5,214 nt of DNA. Source: a virus. Below, piece after piece: positions 1-4,381 of the stretch. The position numbers and the translations under genes are program-made. The notes beneath the pieces were generated by a model that searched no databases, was not told where the DNA came from, and worked only from the letters and a program-made list of their open reading frames with translations. Position 1 is the stretch's first letter. Each line of letters opens with the position of its first letter. The DNA lies in the IMG/VR virus record IMGVR_UViG_3300045988_031142, positions 1 through 5,214 of that record; one strand, 5' to 3'.

Positions 1-176
1 CTGATAAGTCTTCTGCTGCATCCCGCTATGGTGCTGATAAGTCTTCTGCTGCATCCCGCTATGGTTCTGATAAGTCTTTTGATGCTAAAAAGCGTTATGG
101 CAATGGTGGAATGTTTGGTTATTTTTCTGGTAATCTTGCTGATGCATTGACTGAAATTATAGGAGTTTTTAAGTGA
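1..176 (+). CDS. C-terminal part of the VP2 (minor capsid / DNA pilot) gene. It is the continuation of the CDS that begins at 4382 and runs off the window end. Codon phase: first full codon at 3; stop TGA at 174-176.
   Basis: Positions 1-55 are identical to 5160-5214. Reading on from 5214 into position 56 keeps the frame exactly (…SRYGADKSSAASRYGSDKSFDAKKRYGNGGMFGYFSGNLADALTEIIGVFK*). The same 33-nt/11-aa SRYGADKSSAA repeat unit is present. Confidence 0.8.
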   Translation, partial: DKSSAASRYGADKSSAASRYGSDKSFDAKKRYGNGGMFGYFSGNLADALTEIIGVFK

Positions 177-256
177 TGTATAGTCTTGTTCTTTGTTTGG
201 CTATGTCTGTTGTAGCTGCTGTTTTTTATCTTGTGATTAAAAATCTAATTAGATAA
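176..256 (+). CDS. Small hydrophobic ORF, 26 aa: MYSLVLCLAMSVVAAVFYLVIKNLIR. Predicted single transmembrane helix with a basic C-terminal tail. Hypothetical membrane peptide, candidate lysis or accessory protein.
   Basis: The ATG at 176 overlaps the VP2 stop (aagTGATGta). AGGAG at 161-165 lies 10 nt upstream. 18 of 26 codons end in T, matching the strong third-position T preference of the confirmed genes. Residues 4-21 form an uninterrupted hydrophobic stretch followed by K-N-L-I-R. Too short to appear in the supplied ORF track. Confidence 0.4.
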   Translation: MYSLVLCLAMSVVAAVFYLVIKNLIR

Positions 257-267
257 ATTTCTTTTAT

Positions 268-317
268 AAAGGAAGCGAAGCGAGTCGCGCCCCTGCGCCA
301 AGCTCCGCTTCTTTTTT
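268..317 (+). terminator. Rho-independent terminator downstream of the VP2 / small-ORF module.
   Basis: GC-rich imperfect hairpin: gaagcg 272-277 pairs with cgcttc 306-311; inner pairs agc 279-281 with gct 302-304, and gcgc 287-290 with gcgc 295-298 around loop ccct. It is immediately followed by TTTTTT at 312-317. The A-run at 268-270 upstream can extend the stem. Confidence 0.6.
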
Positions 318-337
318 GCACTCCTTGCCAAAATGGT

Positions 338-356
338 ATGCAGTTTCAGACTGCAT
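338..356. other. Short perfect hairpin: 7-bp stem, 5-nt loop.
   Basis: atgcagt (338-344) / ttcag loop / actgcat (350-356) are exact reverse complements. Confidence 0.5.
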
Positions 357-386
357 AAAATCTCGGCTGCCGTATCGCATGCCGAA

Positions 387-423
387 CTCGTGCCCATTAC
401 CTTCTTGATGTAATGGGCACGAG
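387..423. promoter_or_regulatory. Perfect 14-bp inverted repeat with a 9-nt loop in the intergenic region. Candidate origin of replication / Rep nick site, or complementary-strand origin or packaging signal.
   Basis: ctcgtgcccattac (387-400), loop cttcttgat (401-409), gtaatgggcacgag (410-423), exact reverse complements. The loop contains CTTGAT, which resembles the phiX174 gene-A nick-site core (…ACTTG^ATATTAAT…, recalled from memory). Confidence 0.45.
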
Positions 424-511
424 TGACACCAAGACACGCAAACTTTCGTTCATATTCTTAAATAGCTACCTAAATTATTTAATAAATATACGAATATACG
501 CTAAATTTATA

Positions 512-540
512 TTGACATAAAATAAAAAATATTCTATGAT
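512..540 (+). promoter_or_regulatory. Sigma70-type promoter for the VP4 (rep) transcription unit.
   Basis: TTGACA at 512-517, 17-nt AT-rich spacer, TATGAT at 535-540. It sits in a ~150-nt AT-rich tract (440-590) containing a tandem 8-mer aatatacg x2 (485-500). It lies ~70 nt upstream of the VP4 start. Confidence 0.55.
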
Positions 541-609
541 ATAAATAAAGTTATAAAAGTACTTAAAAATTAAGAGGATATCGCATCCCCTTATTGAGGT
601 GTTTGCTTT

Positions 610-1575
610 GTGTCTTGTTTTCATCCTATGTTGGCAGTCAGCACTGGTTTAAATTCCAATGGCAAGCGTGATATCAAATTTGTTGCTGGCCCTACCGAGT
701 GGGAATCTTACCCGCCTAACGCTCGTCTAAAGATTCCTTGTGGTCGCTGTGTTGGTTGTCGCCTTGAGCGTTCCCGTCAATGGGCTAATCGTTGTATGTT
801 GGAATTGCAGTATCATGAGTCAAGTTACTTTGTCACGCTGACTTATGATGATGACCATGTCCCTGTGACGTATTATTCTGAGAATGATGATGGTGAAGCT
901 CGTAGTGGTCTAACGCTTCGTTCTCGTGATTTCCAGCTTTTTATGAAACGATTGCGAAAGGAACATTCATATGAGCGTCTACGCTTCTTTGCCTGTGGCG
1001 AGTATGGGTCTACTACTTATCGCCCTCATTATCACGCAATTATTTTTGGACTCACTATCGACGATTTGCGACCCTACAAACGTAGCCCCCAAAACTATGA
1101 TTATTTCATTAGTGATTCTCTTGCTAAGTGTTGGGGTCTCGGCTTTGTTGTGGTCGGTGCGGTAACGTGGGAAACTTGCGCCTACACTGCTCGTTATATT
1201 ATGAAAAAAGCCCTTGGTGAAGGTGCTGAGGTGTATGACCGCTTTAATATTGAACCTGAGTTTGTGCGGATGTCTCGTAAGCCTGGCATTGCTTATCAGT
1301 ATTACGCTGACCATCCTGATTTGTATCAGTATGAATATATCAATCTTCCGACCGATAAAGGCCAGCTGAAATTTCGCCCGCCTCGTTATTATGACCGCCT
1401 TTTTGATGTTGATAATCCCGAGCAGATGGCAAGGATAAAGGCAAAGCGCCAGCACGCCGCGTTGGTAGATGTTCATAACAAGTCTTTGCAAACGTCCCTT
1501 ATTGAGCCTGACCGTTTGGCAGTTGAAGAAGCTGCTTTGACGGCTCGCATAAAATCACTTGAAAGGAAGTTGTAA
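610..1575 (+). CDS. Replication initiator protein VP4 (rolling-circle HUH endonuclease; Microviridae gene A / VP4 family). GTG start.
   Basis: 321-aa ORF. The N-terminus MSCFHPMLA matches the conserved MxCxHP start of microvirus Rep proteins. Cys cluster CGRCVGC. HUH motif RPHYHAIIFGL. Catalytic tyrosine motif AYTARYIMKKAL. GAGGTG at 596-601 lies 8 nt upstream of GTG 610. An alternative ATG at 628 has no Shine-Dalgarno sequence and would delete the conserved N-terminus. Confidence 0.9.
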   Translation: MSCFHPMLAVSTGLNSNGKRDIKFVAGPTEWESYPPNARLKIPCGRCVGCRLERSRQWANRCMLELQYHESSYFVTLTYDDDHVPVTYYSENDDGEARSGLTLRSRDFQLFMKRLRKEHSYERLRFFACGEYGSTTYRPHYHAIIFGLTIDDLRPYKRSPQNYDYFISDSLAKCWGLGFVVVGAVTWETCAYTARYIMKKALGEGAEVYDRFNIEPEFVRMSRKPGIAYQYYADHPDLYQYEYINLPTDKGQLKFRPPRYYDRLFDVDNPEQMARIKAKRQHAALVDVHNKSLQTSLIEPDRLAVEEAALTARIKSLERKL

Positions 1576-1576
1576 A

Positions 1577-1690
1577 ATGCGCAAGAAAACTAAACCCAAG
1601 TTGGACAACAAAATTTTCCGTCGCACCGCTGCCCGCAGTAAGAAGATTAACATTGACCCTAAAATTTTTCGTGGAGGTATTCGCTTATGA
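1577..1690 (+). CDS. Small highly basic protein, 37 aa: MRKKTKPKLDNKIFRRTAARSKKINIDPKIFRGGIRL. Putative DNA-binding / DNA-condensing protein (phiX J-like / gokushovirus ORF8-like).
   Basis: The ATG at 1577 is 1 nt after the VP4 stop, with AAGGAAG at 1563-1569 upstream. 13 of 37 residues are K/R. Its stop overlaps the VP5 start in ATGA (1687-1690). Not in the ORF track because it is under 60 aa. Confidence 0.55.
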   Translation: MRKKTKPKLDNKIFRRTAARSKKINIDPKIFRGGIRL

Positions 1691-1935
1691 AACTCGGACT
1701 TTATTCCATCAAGGACGCCAAGACCGGCTTTATGACCCCTGTGCTTGAGCAGGGTGACCCCGCTGCTCTCCGTAACTTTGCTCATGCTGTGAATCAGTCT
1801 GATTCTATCATGCATGACTGCCCTAATGATTTCTCTCTTTTCAAGGTCGCGAACTTCGATACCGATAAAGGTGTTGAGCCTGTGACCAGCCCTATTCTCA
1901 TTGTTGATGCCTCTGAGGTGCTGCGCAATGGCTGA
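1687..1935 (+). CDS. VP5 (non-structural; gokushovirus VP5 family, thought to act in ssDNA synthesis / packaging).
   Basis: 82 aa: MKLGLYSIKDAKTGFMTPV…ALRNF…PNDFSLFKVANFDTDKG. This matches the conserved pattern of gokushovirus VP5 (MKLF.V.D.K…AIR.F…P.DF.L…FD..TG). Size and position after rep are typical. Confidence 0.75.
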   Translation: MKLGLYSIKDAKTGFMTPVLEQGDPAALRNFAHAVNQSDSIMHDCPNDFSLFKVANFDTDKGVEPVTSPILIVDASEVLRNG

Positions 1936-2065
1936 AATGTGTGATTTGTATTTTAATATTGATGTTTCTGAGGCTCTTAAGATTCTTGACGTTTCTCAAT
2001 TAACTGCTCTTTTGAATGAGTGCAGATATGAGCTTGAAAGGAGAATTGTTTCTGATGAAAAATAA
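1928..2065 (+). CDS. Hypothetical small acidic protein, 45 aa: MAEMCDLYFNIDVSEALKILDVSQLTALLNECRYELERRIVSDEK.
   Basis: The ATG overlaps the VP5 stop (ATGGCTGA, 1928-1935). 26 of 45 codons end in T, matching the genome-wide coding bias. No internal stops. No clear Shine-Dalgarno sequence, so it would need translational coupling to VP5. Confidence 0.35.
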   Translation: MAEMCDLYFNIDVSEALKILDVSQLTALLNECRYELERRIVSDEK

Positions 2066-2186
2066 GTTTTTGCATATTATCGGCGCGTTTGTGCTGAAAT
2101 TCTTTTCCCGCGAAAATGTGTCTGCGCTGGTTGATCAGTTGCTTGATGCTCTCTATGAGAGAGGAGTTGGAAACAAAGATGTTTGA
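2055..2186 (+). CDS. Hypothetical small ORF, 43 aa: MKNKFLHIIGAFVLKFFSRENVSALVDQLLDALYERGVGNKDV. An alternative or additional ORF in the VP5-VP3 spacer.
   Basis: ATG at 2055 with GAAAGGAGA at 2036-2044 about 11 nt upstream. It ends in a TGA overlapping the VP3 start. The third-position T bias is weaker than in the confirmed genes (17 of 43). Confidence 0.2.
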   Translation: MKNKFLHIIGAFVLKFFSRENVSALVDQLLDALYERGVGNKDV

Positions 2187-2670
2187 TACTCAGTATACCC
2201 CGCATAATCGCATTGCCGCCAATGCTGGCTCACCCGTCAAGGTTCTTTACGGCGGTAAGTATGATGCTAACGGCCGTGTTGTGCTTGAGAAGAAAGGTGA
2301 AGAGAATCTATATGACTATATCCAGTCTTTTCGCGACTCGGTTGATCTCAACGTTATCCTCGCCCGCTTTACCAACGGCGATGTGGAAGCCCTTAATAAG
2401 GCTCAGGGCTTTTATGCAGACGTGACCGATTTTCCGAAGAATATGGCCGATGCTCTTAACCGTATCAATCAGGCCGAAGAGATGTTCAAGGCTCTTCCGC
2501 TCGAGACCCGGCAGAAGTTCGATTGTTCGTTTGAACAGTTTCTTGCTCAGTCTGGTACTGAGGATTGGTTGTCTAAGATGGGCTTTGAGACCTTTTCGCC
2601 GGTAGAGTCCGAGACCCCACCTGCGCCGGTTTTGCCTGATGCTGTAAAGGAGATCAAGAATGAATCGTAA
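2179..2670 (+). CDS. VP3 internal scaffolding protein (gokushovirus VP3 family).
   Basis: 163 aa starting MFDTQYTPHNRIAAN, with GAGGAG at 2161-2166 upstream. The region …LYDYIQSFRDSVDLNVILARF… resembles the conserved core of gokushovirus VP3. The ORF track starts the frame at ATG 2116, but that ATG has no Shine-Dalgarno sequence and the extra N-terminal codons do not follow the genome's T3 codon bias. Overlaps VP1 by 11 nt. Confidence 0.75.
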   Translation: MFDTQYTPHNRIAANAGSPVKVLYGGKYDANGRVVLEKKGEENLYDYIQSFRDSVDLNVILARFTNGDVEALNKAQGFYADVTDFPKNMADALNRINQAEEMFKALPLETRQKFDCSFEQFLAQSGTEDWLSKMGFETFSPVESETPPAPVLPDAVKEIKNES

Positions 2671-4327
2671 TGTTGAATCGCATTTTGCGCTGAATCCGAC
2701 TCGTATTGATATGTCCCGTTCGACGTTTGATCGTTCGGCCTCTGTCAAGACCTCTTTTAATGTCGGTGATATCGTCCCTTTTTTCCTCGAAGAGGTGCTT
2801 CCCGGCGATACGTTCAATGTACGTACTTCCAAAGTTGTGCGTATGCAGACCCTTCTAACGCCGATGATGGACAATCTCTACCTTGATTCGTACTTTTTCT
2901 TTGTTCCGAACCGTTTGGTTTGGAATCACTGGAAGGAGTTTAACGGTGAAAACACTGAAAGCGCGTGGATTCCTACGACGGAGTATTCTGTACCTCAGAT
3001 TACGTCGCCTTCCGCTGGTTGGTCTGTTGGTACTCTTGCCGATTATTTTGGCCTGCCTACAGGTGTCGGCGGTCTGAGTGTGTCCGCTTTGCCGTTCCGC
3101 GCTTATGCACTCGTTATGAACGAGTGGTTTCGCGATCAGAACTTGCAAGATCCGCTTGTTGTGCCGGTTGATGATGCTACGGTCGTTGGCGTCAATACCG
3201 GAAATTTCGTGACCGATTGTGCGAAAGGCGGTCTTCCTTATATCGCTGCCAAGTATCATGATTATTTTACGTCCTGCCTCCCCAGCCCGCAGAAAGGTCC
3301 TGATGTAACTCTTTCTGTTGCTTCTCAGGGTGATTTGCCGGTATACGCTGGTTCTCAGTCTATTTCGTCTGATTTTAATCAGACTTCGATGCGTATGACT
3401 GGTATTAATGGCTTAGGTGCTCAAGCTTCTAATATTATTCTTTCTGGCACTGGTAACGAGCGTGGTGTTGTTGCGTCTAATTTTACTGGTGGTGTTGGTG
3501 ATAGCAATTGGATTTTAGCTCCGTCTAATCTTTGGGCGCGAAATTCTGGCAATGCTATTATTGCTACTATTAACCAACTTCGTATGGCCTTTCAGATTCA
3601 GAAACTTTACGAGCGCGACGCGCGCGGCGGTACTCGTTATATCGAGGTTCTCAAGTCTCACTTCGGTGTGACTTCTCCTGATGCTCGTTTGCAGCGTCCC
3701 GAGTATCTCGGTGGTAACCGTGTTCCGATTAATGTGAATCAGGTAATCCAGCAGTCCGGCACTGGCGCCGGTGCTGATACTCCGCAGGGCACTGTTGTTG
3801 GTATGTCTCAGACTACGGATTCCAACCACGATTTTATGAAGTCGTTTACTGAGCATGGCTATATTATTGGTGTTATGGTCGCTCGTTATGATCATACCTA
3901 TCAGCAGGGTATTGAGCGTCATTGGTCTCGTAAGACGCGCTTTGATTACTATTGGCCGGTCTTCGCCAATATTGGCGAGCAGGCTGTGCTTAATAAGGAG
4001 ATTTTTGCGCAGGGTACCGCAAAGGATAATGAGGTTTTTGGCTATCAGGAAGCATGGTCTGATTACCGCTATAAGCCTAATCGCGTTACCGGTGAGATGC
4101 GTTCGGCCTATGAACAGTCTCTTGATGTCTGGCATTTGGCGGATGACTATGCGAGTCTTCCGTCACTGTCTGATAGTTGGATTCGTGAAGATAAGAATAC
4201 CGTTGACCGTGTTCTTGCAGTTAAGTCTTCTGTTTCTGACCAGCTTTTTGCGGATATCTATGTTTCCAATCGCGCCACGCGCCCGATGCCTATGTATTCT
4301 GTGCCCGGCCTTATTGACCATCACTAA
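2660..4327 (+). CDS. VP1 major capsid protein (Microviridae F / gokushovirus VP1 jelly-roll capsid protein).
   Basis: 555 aa. The N-terminus MNRNVESHFALNPTRIDMSRSTFDRS…FNVGDIVPFF.EEVLPGDTF is the characteristic gokushovirus VP1 start. AAGGAG at 2647-2652 lies 7 nt upstream. There is a long Ser/Gly/Asn-rich insertion (~nt 3300-3540), as in the gokushovirus threefold 'mushroom' loop. Confidence 0.92.
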   Translation: MNRNVESHFALNPTRIDMSRSTFDRSASVKTSFNVGDIVPFFLEEVLPGDTFNVRTSKVVRMQTLLTPMMDNLYLDSYFFFVPNRLVWNHWKEFNGENTESAWIPTTEYSVPQITSPSAGWSVGTLADYFGLPTGVGGLSVSALPFRAYALVMNEWFRDQNLQDPLVVPVDDATVVGVNTGNFVTDCAKGGLPYIAAKYHDYFTSCLPSPQKGPDVTLSVASQGDLPVYAGSQSISSDFNQTSMRMTGINGLGAQASNIILSGTGNERGVVASNFTGGVGDSNWILAPSNLWARNSGNAIIATINQLRMAFQIQKLYERDARGGTRYIEVLKSHFGVTSPDARLQRPEYLGGNRVPINVNQVIQQSGTGAGADTPQGTVVGMSQTTDSNHDFMKSFTEHGYIIGVMVARYDHTYQQGIERHWSRKTRFDYYWPVFANIGEQAVLNKEIFAQGTAKDNEVFGYQEAWSDYRYKPNRVTGEMRSAYEQSLDVWHLADDYASLPSLSDSWIREDKNTVDRVLAVKSSVSDQLFADIYVSNRATRPMPMYSVPGLIDHH

Positions 4328-4340
4328 ATATCATGTTATA

Positions 4341-4367
4341 GTGGGGGCTGTTGCCCCCACTTTTTTT
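4341..4367 (+). terminator. Intrinsic terminator / attenuator between VP1 and VP2.
   Basis: gtgggggc (4341-4348), loop tgtt, gcccccac (4353-4360): a perfect 8-bp GC stem. It is followed by TTTTTTT at 4361-4367, and then the VP2 ribosome-binding site AAGGAG at 4370-4375. Confidence 0.7.
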
Positions 4368-4381
4368 GAAAGGAGATTTAT

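Noticed and set aside
1-55. Identical 55-nt ends as terminal inverted or direct repeats of a mobile element.
   Set aside because: They are direct, they lie inside the VP2 coding repeat array, and they preserve the reading frame across the junction. This is most simply circular-genome assembly redundancy.
1984-2014. TTGACG at 1986-1991 as the -35 of an internal promoter for VP3/VP1.
   Set aside because: No acceptable -10 hexamer at a 16-18 nt spacing (cttttg / tctttt). Too weak to call.
2116-2178. ATG 2116 as the VP3 start (184-aa version in the ORF track).
   Set aside because: No Shine-Dalgarno sequence upstream of 2116, and the extra 21 codons (MCLRWLISCLMLSMREELETK) lack the T-ending codon bias. 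ATG 2179 has GAGGAG upstream and gives the MF… start typical of VP3.
3612-3628. GC-rich near-palindrome gcgcgacgcgcgcggcgg inside VP1.
   Set aside because: Imperfect, and fully explained by coding ERDARGG (Arg/Ala/Gly codons). No flanking signal suggests a regulatory role.
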